NCBI GenBank assembly: GCA_964016885.1
Contig: OZ024740.1
Location: 33,418,001 to 33,482,000 of the forward strand
Reading direction: 5' to 3'
From: Eledone cirrhosa
Taxonomy: Eukaryota
Length of the DNA: 64,000 bases
In this document: positions 41,585 to 53,355 of the stretch, in pieces
Position numbering within the stretch: the first letter of the stretch is position 1
How the letters are laid out: every line of letters begins with the position of its first letter
Notes under the pieces: model-generated
Databases searched by the model: none
What the model saw: the letters and a program-made list of their open reading frames with translations, nothing else
What the model was told of the DNA's origin: nothing
Position numbers and translations under genes: made by a program

Positions 41585-41711
41585 CTGTCGAATACTAAAA
41601 CTAGAAATGGTGTATATCATTTTAGGATTATCACAGAATTCTTCTGGCCGAGCCCATCTTGCAAAGTTTTCTATTTGTTTCGGAGATAGTGTCAATTTGC
41701 CATGTTTATCG
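41585..41711 (-). CDS. CAPN7: Calpain-7 coding exon 8: DKHGKLTLSPKQIENFARWARPEEFCDNPKMIYTISSFSIRQ
   Basis: LSPKQ and W.RPE motifs; CAG acceptor and GTTAGA donor; 127 nt, phase 2 to 0. Confidence 0.95.
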
Positions 41712-42916
41712 CTGTTGGTTAAAAATACACAAATGACATGTTAATGTAAGAAAGATTTCACTAAAATAGAATGTTAGTTTAGAACAAATATTAAAGTCTT
41801 ATCACACATCACTGCAGGGTAAAATATGAAACAAAGAAGTATAGTATTAAAATGTCTTACACATGGGCAGATAAATTACCTCCTAGCTTAAATTCACTGA
41901 ATGCTTTTAGAAAATTAGTTAAGAGGAAAATAAAAAAAATGGAATGAATTTAAATATACAGCATAGCCTAAACATTTACTATGATGGTATCTTTACAATT
42001 AGTAGAACTAAAAATTATATATACAAACTATTTAGGTATGTTTTTATACAAACAGTAGAACAAAAAATTATATATCCAATCTAAATATTTATGCTTTTAT
42101 ATTCAAGTTTTGATGCCAACATGAGCTTCTACAAAGATATTTATAGGAGAATACTCATTCCAGTTTGGAAAAATATTGAAATTTAACTACTGAAGAGATT
42201 TCTAAAAGAATTACAGTAAAAATATTAATTCATATCCTATTTCTCAATTTACTAATATCAAAATATAATTCCTTAATACATAACTTTTACAATTCTTATT
42301 GATTATGTCACAGGTGTTCATTTATTAAGTGGATTTATAAGGTTTAATTAATATTAAGATCGATATACTATGATTCACTTTATATATTTATTTTCTTTGC
42401 CCTTAAATATAAATGTTAACATATTTTCATTTTCTATCTACTAAACACTATGGCTTCAGCAATTTTCATTCTCAACTTAATTTCCAAACTATTAGACTGA
42501 TCTCTTGTGCTTATTTATTTTTGAGTTTCAAGTGGTTTCTTCTTTGCACATTTTTAGGTCTTATTGTAGTGTAAAATTCAGTTTACTCTTCATATTTGTA
42601 CTTGAGACGGTAGAAATTTAAAGGCAAATATAGCTGGAACATTATTTTGTTAAATTACACATACACTCTTGCTTATTTAACTTTGAATCATTCTTAGAGC
42701 AATAATTTTACAGTAGATGGTCTTCTTAATTCCAACCAACACACTGAATGGTGGAATAGAACTTTGAACTAATAAAGATTTAATTTACAAGCAATTTAGA
42801 CAGCTATGTCCACTACTCTACAGTTAGTTTAATGGTGGCATAGCTTTGATTATTCTTCTGTGTTACACACATTTGTAGTACGACAAAATAAATATTTAAA
42901 AGAGAGTAATACTTAC

Positions 42917-43003
42917 TCTACCGGAAGAGGAAAAGCAAATCTTTCTAACTTATCAACTGACATAAATGGAACATATTCTTTTTTATTAATGAAAGATGAA
43001 TGC
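42917..43003 (-). CDS. CAPN7: Calpain-7 coding exon 7: HSSFINKKEYVPFMSVDKLERFAFPLPV
   Basis: EYVPFM.VD..ERFA motif; CAG acceptor and GTAAGT donor; 87 nt, phase 2 to 2. Confidence 0.93.
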
Positions 43004-43579
43004 CTGAAAACAAAACAAAGTATTCAGAAAGTTATAAAATATTTTCGGTTTATTGAGATGGTTGACACATTTTACAAAGATCCTTCATAATATTCTAATA
43101 TTCCAATAGAAAAAAACAATTGATACTATGGGGTTTAAATATAGTTAAGGGAAAGTCTTAATAAAACTGAGAAAATTTATCAAGCTGTAATATGTTCTAA
43201 TATTGACCTCTTTAAATTTTATGTTTAAATCCCAATAGAGGTAACTTTGCTTTATGTCCTTCTTGGGTCAATAAAATAAGTACCAGTCCAGTACTGGGGA
43301 TGTTTGAATTAACTATACCCACACCATAATTTTTTTAATTAAACATTTTTTTTAATGTTAAGAGAAGATGCTTAGTTCACTCAGCAAAGTGGTTGGTGTT
43401 AGGAAGGACATCCAGTCATAGAACCCATGCCAGCATAGTAAAGTTCTTTCAATCCCAGGAAGGTTCCATAGAAATGGCTGATATTTTCTGTTGACCTAGA
43501 TATTGCTTACTAAAACAGAAAAGTAGGTATTAAATGATGATGATGATTGTTTCTCGGTGGTTTTAGAGTTTTATTGTCA

Positions 43580-44163
43580 GGTACCCATTGTTTGTGGAAA
43601 CAGTTCTCCTCAGGACTACCTATATTGGCAAAGGTACCCATTGTTTGTGGAAACAGTTCTCCTCAGGACTACCTATATTGGCAAAGGTACCCATTGTTTG
43701 TGGAAACAGTTCTCCTCAGGACTACCTATATTGGCAAAGGTACCCATTGTTTGTGGAAACAGTTCTCCTCAGGACTACCTATATTGGCAAAGGTACCCAT
43801 TGTTTGTGGAAACAGTTCTCCTCAGGACTACCTATATTGGCAAAGGTACCCATTGTTTGTGGAAACAGTTCTCCTCAGGACTACCTATATTGGCAAAGGT
43901 ACCCATTGTTTGTGGAAACAGTTCTCCTCAGGACTACCTATATTGGCAAAGGTACCCATTGTTTGTGGAAACAGTTCTCCTCAGGACTACCTATATTGTC
44001 AGGCACCCATTGTTTGTGGAAACAGTTCTCCTCAGGACTACCTATATTGGCAAAGGTTCCCATTGTTTGTGGAAACAGTTCTCCTCAGGACTACCTATAT
44101 TGGCAAAGGTACCCATTGTTTGTGGAAACAGTTCTCCTCAGGACTACCTATATTGGCAAAGGT
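43580..44163. repeat. Second 53-bp minisatellite, 11 near-perfect copies (GGTACCCATTGTTTGTGGAAACAGTTCTCCTCAGGACTACCTATATTGGCAAA)
   Basis: Direct tandem periodicity; one 51-bp variant unit near 43995-44005. Confidence 0.98.
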
Positions 44164-44241
44164 TAGAAATATATTATGAGAACATTGAAATAATTAATAT
44201 CATCATCATTATACATTATATATCTCTTAATAATCAATAAT

Positions 44242-44959
44242 ATGATTGTCATCATCATCGTTTATTGTCTATTTTCCACGCTAGCATGGGTTAGAAGAGT
44301 AGTGTCACTGTGAGATAAGTCAGATCAGGTGACCATGGCTGGATGCCCTTCCTAATGTCAACCACATTTACAGTGTGGACTGGGTGGTTTTAATCATTGC
44401 ACCAAAACAACCAACTGAAAGGTTGGACTGGGTGCTTTTTGTCATGTCACCAACACAACCACTTAATAGGGTGGACTGGATGCTTTCTGTCATGTCACCA
44501 ACACAACTACTTTACAGGGTACATTCATCATCATCATCACCATTTTACATCCGTTCTCCCACGCTAGCATGGGTTAGACAGGTTGTCCTGTTGTGGGCAG
44601 TGTCCAGTCGGCTGACTTTGTCTTGCTCATACGGGAACTGATTCTGGCTTGATTTCTACATCTGGATACCCTTCCTAACACCAACCTCGTTTACAGTGAA
44701 TGCTGGGTGCTTTTTTTTTCCGTGGCACCTACACATCCACTTTACAGTGTGGGCTGGGTGCTTTTTTGCCATGGACCTCCACGACCAATTTGCAGTGGAA
44801 TGATAGGGACCCCAGGCCTATCATCTCATTTTTACAGCTGAGTAAACTGGAGCAATGTGAAATAAAGTGTCTTACTCAAGGAAACAACACATCACCTGGT
44901 CCGAGAATTGAACTCACAACCTTTCGATTGCAAGCTCAATACTCTAACCACTAAGCCTT
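44242..44959 (-). mobile_element. Composite of an RTE-tail fragment (~44245-44520) and a tRNA/CORE-type SINE (~44523-44957)
   Basis: Two (CAT)n-led tail segments; head and CORE-like part match 27558-27897. Confidence 0.75.
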
Positions 44960-44976
44960 CATTAATAATCAATAAT

Positions 44977-45296
44977 TGTTTCTACTTTAGGCACAAGGCC
45001 AGCAATTACCAGTGCATTACTGGTACTTTATTTTATCGACCCCGTAAGGATGAAAGGCAAAGTCAACCTCGGCGGGATTTGAACTCAGATGGTAAAGGGA
45101 CGTAACTATGCTGGAAAGCATGGCGTCCGACCCTCTACCGATACTGCCAATCCACCGCCCTAGCATGGCGTCCGACCCTCTACCGATACTGCCAATCCAC
45201 CGCCCTAGCATGGCGTCCGACCCTCTACCGATACTGCCAATCCACCGCCCTAGCATGGCGTCCGACCCTCTACCGATACTGCCAATCCACCGCCCT
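44977..45296 (-). mobile_element. tRNA-derived SINE of a second family (Meta-domain-like) with its 5' 45 bp present four times; 17-bp TSD
   Basis: Minus strand has B box GAGTTCAAATCC and GCCTTTCATCCTTACGGGGTCGATAAAATAAAGTACCAG. CATTAATAATCAATAAT lies at 44960-44976 and 45297-45313. The 45-bp unit is repeated four times at 45117-45296. Confidence 0.82.
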
Positions 45297-45534
45297 CATT
45301 AATAATCAATAATATTGTCATGATCATCATTATACATCTATTTTCTAAGCTTCGATAGGTTTAATAGTCAGAGACTAGACAAGTCAACAAACCACATCGT
45401 GATTTTATTCTATTTTTGATAGATTCTACAGCTGGAAGCCCTTCCTAATGCTAATATTCAATATTATTTATTACTTTGATGTTACTATTATGATTCTATC
45501 TGGTATTTGGTTATGTCAAAAAAATATTTCATTA

Positions 45535-46060
45535 CACTGGGGAATTAAAAAAGAAATTTTTTTCTTGATGCCTGACATTTTAGACCTGATTCTGGGTGTT
45601 TTCATGTCACTGATTCAGAAAACACCATCTGTTTTGTTCCAGCAGCTCTAGTTTTTTAAGATATTACATGTCATTATCTACTTGTAAATCTAAATGTACT
45701 TGTATATTTAAATTGTAACTATGATATTGCTGATGTTTCTGTCTTGAATGCGTATTATATAGGTACTAATATGAATTATTTCCTGCTATATAAGTTGACA
45801 TGGTTTCATCATGAAGAAAATGTTTAAATCATCCAGATGTTTTTGTTTTATTTGCAGAGTGACATGTTCATTGAACAGAGTAAAACTATTAGAGAGCTTA
45901 TTTTGTGAAAAGAGTTAACAGTTCTTCTTTCTAGGAGTAAACCCACGGTCAACCATAGCCAAAGAGGGCTTCTTTTAATGCAAAATCTCAGATTAAGTCA
46001 CTTAGCAAGTTTGAGCCCTAAATATTAAGAGTACGAAATGATTGTAAATTGTTTCTACAG
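45535..46060 (+). mobile_element. Possible internally deleted DNA-transposon remnant
   Basis: TA-CACTGGGG start and a KCLNHPDV.C.IC-like remnant at ~45815-45855, reminiscent of invertebrate transposase N-termini; family not assignable. Confidence 0.3.
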
Positions 46061-47320
46061 TCAGAATTTATTCTCTAGTTTTTCTATGGATTCAGCTATA
46101 AGAACCAGATCATCTGCATAAAGAAGTTCCCAATGACAGTCAGTTGTATACTTTGTTATGGCCTGGAGAACTATAATGAACAGAAGTGGGTTGAGGACTG
46201 AATCCTGATGAACACCTACTTGTACTTCGAATTCCTCCCTAAACTATTTTCCTACTCTTTACTTTATTGACAGCTCCTCTGTATATGGCTTGCACTGCTT
46301 TCACAAAACCATTCTTCTACATCTAATTTCCTGCAGGATCATCAGATGACAGATCGAGGTATTCTGTGAAAGGCCTTTTCTAGATACACAAAAACTAAAT
46401 ACAGCGGCTTATTCTTGGCTATGAACTTCTCTTGTAGCTGTTTCACTAGGAAACTGCATCTCATTTAATTTGACTCTTTCCCTAATTAGCTCTGCTAGAA
46501 CTCTTTCTGTCACTTTCATTTCTTGGTTTATTAGTTTTATTCTTCTGCAGTTGCTCTTTTCTAGAGCATCACCTTTTCCCTTGTAGCAATTTATGATTGT
46601 CCTGCTGTGTCAATCATTGAGTATGGTCCATCCAGTATTACCTGATTGACTATGTAGGTTACTAGTTCAGCTCATACTTCTCCAGATGATTTTAGTATCT
46701 CAGTGACTCTCTCAGACGGTCCTGCAGCTTTACTATTCTTTTCCTTGATTGCTTCTTTGACCTTATAACTCTCAATTTCAATATCTTGCTTCCCTCTTGA
46801 ACCACTGGGGGTAGTTTCTCTTCCTCCCATTCATTCTCCACATTCATCAGCCTCTCATAGTAACATTTCCAAGCCTCTTTCTTCTGAGCATCAGTGTATT
46901 TTCAAACATACTCTTCCCCAACAACATCCTGAATTACACTGATACACTGCATTGCAATGCAGAACACCTCACATTGCAGTGTAAACCTTCTTCTTTCAGC
47001 CTCTTTCTGTGCTTTGTATACTTGTCGTCTCTTAGCTACCTGGTACTGGTCTCTGCTACCCCAATCTTTCCAGTCTTTTCATGCCTGTCTCTTGGCCTTA
47101 ATGGCTCTATCTACTGTATTGTTCCACCACCAGGTCACCCTCTGTTTGGCTGGTGCTTTGCTTCAGCCACAAGTTTCTTCCATATTCTAGAATTTTTTTT
47201 GCCCTCTATATTATATGAATCTAACTTGCCTCCCCCCTCATCATATGCATCCATAGAGCCTTTCTAGACTTATATTTAACAGAAAGGTCCTTTAGCTTTC
47301 ATACTCTGTCTCCATAAATA
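46060..47320 (-). mobile_element. Decayed RTE LINE fragment, antiparallel to the 30865-33825 copy
   Basis: Reverse complement is colinear with ~31200-32550 (VTWWWNN, CYKGKGDALE, LEKAFHR, VGVHQDSVLNPLLF). Confidence 0.85.
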
Positions 47321-47453
47321 ATGTTCAATAAATGTAGGATATACAGCATTCAAATATATTTCAACAAATGTTTAAAGGAGTGTAATTGGGGTGTGACGTA
47401 TCTACTAATATATGCACTATCCAAATATTGTTAAATAAATGTATAAAGATTAC

Positions 47454-47678
47454 CTTAAAACATTGATTTCCTCTCTAGAGTAACCACCAGGACCAGACAC
47501 GTTATGTCTTGAGGGTTCACCAATAGAAACTCTGGAAAGTTTTTTCTCATTTTCTTCTTTGAAAAGTCCAAAACCCAAAGGTTGAATAACTCTCTTAGAA
47601 CTATCTTTTGAAATAATTTTACCAGCCGAAGCAGCTTTCTGAGTTGCTTCTTTATTACAACCTTTCAAGATCTCGGCC
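47454..47678 (-). CDS. CAPN7: Calpain-7 coding exon 6 (MIT-CysPc linker): AEILKGCNKEAT...GGYSREEINVLR
   Basis: Continues RAE and ends Y..EEI.VLR as in calpain-7; CAG acceptor and GTAATC donor; 225 nt, phase 2 to 2. Confidence 0.92.
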
Positions 47679-47949
47679 CTGCACAAAATACCAACATACA
47701 AAATAGTTGCATTGAAATAATTAAAGACAAAGACACCAGTTATCTTATTAATTAATTAAATAATTAATAATGCTAAAGAAATTTAGTGACCAAATTAATG
47801 TTGCTACCTTTAATAAAATATTGTTCTATGAGAAATTATGTTGTATCTTCTATAAATATAAGCAATATGATGCATGTTACAAAATAAAATGGTTCAAAGA
47901 ACAAGGAAATAAGTTGTAAATTCTTAAAATTGATTCACATATCTTATCA

Positions 47950-48385
47950 CAGATTCCAATCTCACTGGTTGTTGTCGAGATCTCAGGCATCTTTGGACCC
48001 CATACAGCTGACCTCCTCTGTAAAATTGGAATAGTAGCCAGCTGAGAAAGGAGCCCTGCAAGGTAGGGTGGCTGTTGGAGCTGGTATCGCTGGCCATTGT
48101 TTGCGGAAATGCTTTGCCATTTTGTCTGCGGGTCACAGCATAGACACCGCTCTGACCTAGGTGTAGAGTCTGTCACTCTTTCCTTCTTTTTCCTCTCATT
48201 TATGGCATTTATAGTCCTTCCCAATACTGAAGCCGGTATTACTGCACTAGCTCATGCAATTCTTGCACTTAATTCAGCCTCCTGCCTTTCATTACTCATG
48301 AACATGGGCCCGAGATACTTGAACTTCTCCACCTGCATTAGTGGAACTCCATTCACATGTAGAATGCGCTGTGCAGGGTTTGTGG
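47950..48385 (-). mobile_element. Expander/Rex3-like RTE LINE post-RT fragment
   Basis: VNGVPLMQVEKFKYLGPMFMSNERQEAELSARIA.ASAVM. Confidence 0.7.
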
Positions 48386-48389
48386 GTTT

Positions 48390-49345
48390 GGGAAAGTACC
48401 AGATTGGTGACTGGTGCAAGTAAGACCACCCAATCTGCAATATGGTATGAAAAAGAACCGTACCACACCATTCTTTGCTTGGATTAACAAGGGATGCATT
48501 AAGGCCTTAAGTAGAGAGGCCTGTTTGAAAAATATATTGCAGTCTCCATTTCATAACATAAAAACTGGTGATGGGCCTGCAACCTGTTCTGGGATGGATG
48601 CACAAATATTGCATATCCTGAGACCCGAAAGAGGGTTCGGAGGGGAGCAAACTTTGACAATAGAAGCGTGGAATATCACAACCCTTATGGGTAAGGAGCA
48701 GGAACTAGTGGAAGAGGCTAAATGCTACTGGCTAGATATAGTCGGGGTTTCCTCAACAAAGTTCCATGGCTCTAATACTGTAGATTTGGATGGAAGATGG
48801 AAACTCCACTATTCAGGTGTGGCACAAGAAATGACTGCACAGGCAGGAGTGGGGATACTCAAGCCCCTAGCTGTCAGAATGTGTTATGGACTGGATCCCG
48901 TTAGGAGGGAGGATTGGCCTCTTCAAGCTTAGGCTGAAAGATAGGTCTCTATGGGTGGTACAAGTTTATGCACCAAACAAGGAGTCCGAATACAGATTGT
49001 TCCTTGATGAAGTCACTGGAGCGTTAGATGTAGTTAAGACTGAGTCATATATCCTGGTGGTAGACTTCAATGCACATGTTGGCACTGACCACCTGACATG
49101 TAAAGGAATGATTGGAAAGAATGACAACCCTGATCTAAATACAAATGGAGAGGTATTATTAGACTTAGCAATGGACTCTCTATAATGAACACCTTCCAGC
49201 ACAGAGACACCCATAAATATACATGGTATAAGGGGAATCAGGGTCAGAGATCAATAATTGATTTTGTTATTGTCTCTGATCTTTTCAATTCTATGCTGGA
49301 TATTTGTGTTAATAGAGGGGCTGAACTGTCAACTGATCACCATCT
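48390..49345 (+). mobile_element. Expander/Rex3-like RTE LINE 5' part (APE endonuclease), frameshifted
   Basis: AWNITTLMGKEQELVEE, LDIVGVSST, AGVGIL, QVYAP, VDFNAHVG, SIIDFVIVS and LSTDHHL APE motifs. Confidence 0.88.
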
Positions 49346-49521
49346 AAATTACTACAATAAAGAACTGAGGAATAGAAAAAAAAAGTTGCAGAAATATGTT
49401 TAACATTTCAAACAAATAAATCAAATAGGCTTACATGTAAGTAATCAACAGGTATATTTTGACAATATTCAAAGAGATTGGGAAGGGAATGGTGAGTATC
49501 TAACAAAATTAATGAGAATAC

Positions 49522-49589
49522 CTATTCAAGGCCTGTTTAGCAAGATTTGTGACTCGTTCTTGCAAAGGAACATCATTAGTTTCTTGGCG
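49522..49589 (-). CDS. CAPN7: Calpain-7 coding exon 5 (MIT2): RQETNDVPLQERVTNLAKQALNR
   Basis: Matches the calpain-7 ET.D..LQ.....LA.QAL.R segment; CAG acceptor and GTATTC donor; 68 nt. Confidence 0.92.
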
Positions 49590-49794
49590 CTGCAAGCAGA
49601 ATAACGTAAATATAAAGAATACTTCAACAATTTTTTTTATTATTGTCCATATTTTAAAACAATTCCATACATAACACGGAGTGGGCTGGATTATCAGAGA
49701 GATGTTTAGATATTGTAATATAATGAAGTAGTGTTGGTGCCATGATTAAATATATCCAGCACACTGTAAAGTGGTAAAGTTGGTGCATTGTTCA

Positions 49795-49972
49795 TGAGAG
49801 GTGAGAGATGGGGGAATAGAGGTGAGAGATGAGAGAGGCAAGATGTAAGATGAGAGGGATAAAAGATGAGACACGAACGGTAAGAGATGATAGGTGAGGT
49901 GAGAGATGAGAGGGGAAAAATAAGAGATGAGAGGTGAGAGACGAGAGATGAGAGATGAAAGCTGAGAGATGA
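49795..49972. repeat. Purine-rich GAGAT/GAGAG low-complexity tract
   Basis: Imperfect GAGAGAT repeats. Confidence 0.8.
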
Positions 49973-50021
49973 CAACTGTAAACATTTCTTAGAGAATCAT
50001 AAATAGGTATAGATGTCTTAC

Positions 50022-50138
50022 AATTTTAATACACAATTCTACAGCTTGTGTGTATAACTCTACCGCTTCCCCTTTGTTTTCTTTTTCATCTTCTTCAAAT
50101 GCTTGCTGTACAAGAAATGCTGCTCTCTCAACATCTAA
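50022..50138 (-). CDS. CAPN7: Calpain-7 coding exon 4 (MIT2): LDVERAAFLVQQAFEEDEKENKGEAVELYTQAVELCIKI
   Basis: MIT motif A...D......A..LY..AV; TAG acceptor and GTAAGA donor; 117 nt. Confidence 0.95.
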
Positions 50139-50427
50139 CTAAAAGAAATTAAAGAAATGTTAAAAATCTGATTTAAAAAAAAAGTTGATTGAAGCAAAAA
50201 TATATATCTTAATTCACGTAAGATTGTTTTGCTTGATTTTTCTTCATATTCTTCTTTTCCAAGTGGAGTAAATTATATTCTAAAGGAATGTGTTGTGATA
50301 TGCATCTGAGATAAAGAATGTTTGATATTATTACCTGTTGTTGCAATAACTATCTTAATGACAAGGCAATACAATTGTGTTGCTATGTACTGTATTGTGT
50401 GCAATTCTTATAAGCATTTGAAGAATT

Positions 50428-50966
50428 GTGGACATGTGATACGCATGAAGGACGACAGCTGTATAAAAAAGTGCAGGGCAATGAAAATTGATGGAAGCTG
50501 TGGGGCGGGTAGACCAAGAAAAACCTGGGACGAGGTGATAAAAACTGACCTTGCCCACCTACACCTCTCTAAGACAATGACACTGGATAGAGACCTTTGG
50601 CGCCATGCAGTTGTACAGAAGACCCAACTACCATTACATACACACCTACAGTCAGTAGGCACTTCTTAACTCAATGTACACTCCACTGCCACACTCTACC
50701 CCATCTTCCCTCTCCCGTTCCGTCACTGTGTCGATGACACAAGTCCACACTGTAAGGTGGCCGTGTAGGAAATACAGTGAAAAGGCTCCCATTCCACACT
50801 GTAAATGTGGTTGGTGTTAGAAAGGGCATCAAGCTGTAAAAAAACCTGCCAGAGACGCTTCCGTGCAAGCGAGACATGGTCTCCCGACCATTCCCACATC
50901 AAATGGAACAAAACTGTCTAACCCATGCTAGCGCCGAAGATGGACGTTAAACGATGATGATGATGA
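50428..50966 (+). mobile_element. RTE LINE 3' fragment with (GAT)n tail
   Basis: GHVIRMKDDSCIKKCRAMKIDG..GRPRKTW, closely similar to ~33255-33825. Confidence 0.88.
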
Positions 50967-51102
50967 AGTATCCAAAAATGAGCATTAAAATTTGGAGTAG
51001 AAAGCAACAAAATCAGAAATACTTTCTTTTCTTTACGATTTTATTTAAAACTAATGATGTAAAGATCTTATTTAAAACTAACGGTGTAAGGGTCTTATTT
51101 AA

Positions 51103-51840
51103 TCCTATTATGTTGGGAATAGGGATGTATAACTTTTGAAAGGAAGCAGATTTTTCTCTGAAATTTGGTGACTTTTCCTAAAATTTACCCCATTAAATGC
51201 TTGCATAACTGATTTTGATTTTAAAATGTTCCCCCGTTGCCATGGAAACGGCAGGAATTGAACAGGGGACAAAATGATGATATTTCTTTGATTTTTCTTG
51301 TTACAAAATTTGATTATACAGCTATGTAACTGAATCACTATTACCAATCTAATGCATGTGTTTTGAGTTGTATAGTAAAAGTTACTATGGCAATCACATG
51401 GCTACCATGGCAACAATTTTTTTATCCATTTTGCAAAGACTTTGACATTGCATTATTGTTGTTTCATTATTAGCAAACAGGTTAATTTTGCCTTTCATCC
51501 TTACGGGGTCAATGAAATAAAGTACCAGTAATGTACTGGGGTAATTGCTGGCCTTGTGCCAAAAGTAGAAACAATTATTAACAGGGCAGAGAGAAGGTAC
51601 ATGACAGTACCTATATGTAGTACCTGCAAAGTTTTATGGTCATAGCTTTAGTAGTTCTGGAATAATTTTGAACACTGTAAGAGAACTAAATTTTAGCACA
51701 TCTGGGTACAACTGATGACGTCAGCAACATTTTTATAATGCAGAAACGTTTACCTATCAATGGTCTATATTTGTACCAAGTCTTAGCATTAGTGATTCCG
51801 GAATAAAGCAGGATCCCTAAAACGCCCAGGTTTTATAGGG
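51103..51840. mobile_element. piggyBac-like non-autonomous element (TTAA TSD, imperfect TIRs) with a nested SINE fragment (~51478-51580)
   Basis: TTAA|TCCTATTATGTTGGG ... CCCAGGTTTTATAGGG|TTAA. Removing the element restores a unit of the flanking 27-bp repeat ATTTAAAACTAATGGTGTAAGGATCTT. Confidence 0.72.
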
Positions 51841-52481
51841 TTAAAACTAATGGTGTAAGGATCTTATTTAAAAATATTGGAGTAATGCTTTAATTGATTT
51901 CTAATACGAAAAACTTTCAAATAGGTGAATCAACAATTCAATATCATTTATAAAAAAAATGTGAAAATATATAAACAAAGAATTTGAATACAGAGTTTAA
52001 ATGCAATAAAGTGGCAGATACTATTTAATTTTTATCATCATCATCAATTTTTAACATCCGTTTTTCTATACTGACAGGTTGTTACTGACCAAGTCTGTAC
52101 TTAATCAATGCTACTGTCCTTCCAGATGGACCAGAGGCCATGTCACTAATACATTGGCATGGGTTCTACAGTTGGGTGCTTTTCCTATCATCAACCACTT
52201 TGCAGAGTGTACTTGCAAAATTAATAAATTAGTTTTAATTTTTGTTTCAATTATAGATGCTGAAAATAATCAAAGTGTGAAATGGAGATCATGTTGGAAG
52301 TAATGCTTGGATAAAGTCATTTAACACAATTGAAAATTTCAGGTATTTATAGCTTGTATAAGAAGCAACAATTTAAAGGCCAACCAAAACTGAGGTGCAC
52401 TTTACAAGCCATCAAATATGATATCTGTAATAAGATTACAATTTTGAGAGAGAATCAAGATTTTGAATTTTGTATACTGAC

Positions 52482-52528
52482 CTGCTGGGGTGATTTCCTA
52501 TCTGTCTTTTCTGAAAACGAATTAGAAC
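52482..52528 (-). CDS. CAPN7: Calpain-7 coding exon 3 (47 nt inter-MIT linker): (C)SNSFSEKTDRKSPQQ
   Basis: Pyrimidine-rich CAG acceptor and GTCAGT donor; it converts phase 1 to phase 0 exactly as exons 2 and 4 require. Confidence 0.82.
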
Positions 52529-53091
52529 CTGTGAAAAGAAAGTCAACAATAATTTTTTTTATTGAGCTTAGCATGTGTTTTTAATCAACATTACTGTTGA
52601 TTAAATCAACATTTCATTGAGCTTAGCATCATTACTGTTGATTAAATCAACATTTTATTGAGCTTAGCATCATTACTGTTGATTAAATCAACACTTTATG
52701 TTTGTTTTTCCATGTTAGCATTGTTTGGACCTGTGTGCCCCAGCACAACATCTCACCACTTCTTACAGCCCTTCGAGATCTCATACATGCAATGGGGAAA
52801 AAAAAAAGAATGTTTGTTGTGTATGTCATGTTTTTCAGTGAGGCTTTTGCAACAAGATGCTAGACATTTTAATACACAGTATGAATGGACTCGGATGATA
52901 CAATTTATCGTGCCACTGGCTCTAGACTTTTTTCTGCAGCAGGACCAATAGGTCCACCTCTACCATATAGTCAATTATTGCTCTCCTAGATAAATTACAT
53001 TCACTACAGCTTGTAGAGTCTACATCTCCTTTCCTTGTAAAATGATTCTAATTCTTGGCAGAATCAAGGGCTCCTCTAATACCATCTTTTC

Positions 53092-53355
53092 AACCTGGGT
53101 ATATGGTAATAAAACAAGACTATTTAACTTGGGTATATGGTAATAAAACAAGACTATTTAACCTGGGTATATGGTAATAAAGCAGAAGACTTTTTAACCT
53201 AGGTATATGGTAATAAATTAGGACTTTTTAACCAAGGTATATAGTAATAAAACAAGACTTTTTAACCTAGGTATATGGTAATAAATTAGGGCTTTTTAAC
53301 CAAGGTATATAGTAATAAAACAAGACTTTTAACCTGGGTATATGGTAATAAAACA
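53092..53355. repeat. ~34-bp minisatellite (AACCTGGGTATATGGTAATAAAACAAGACTATTT), about 8 copies
   Basis: Direct tandem periodicity. Confidence 0.92.

Noticed and set aside
43547-44240. Three overlapping ~200-aa ORFs
   Set aside because: A stop-free 53-bp unit cycles through all three frames. The ORFs are antisense within an intron and have no recognisable domain.
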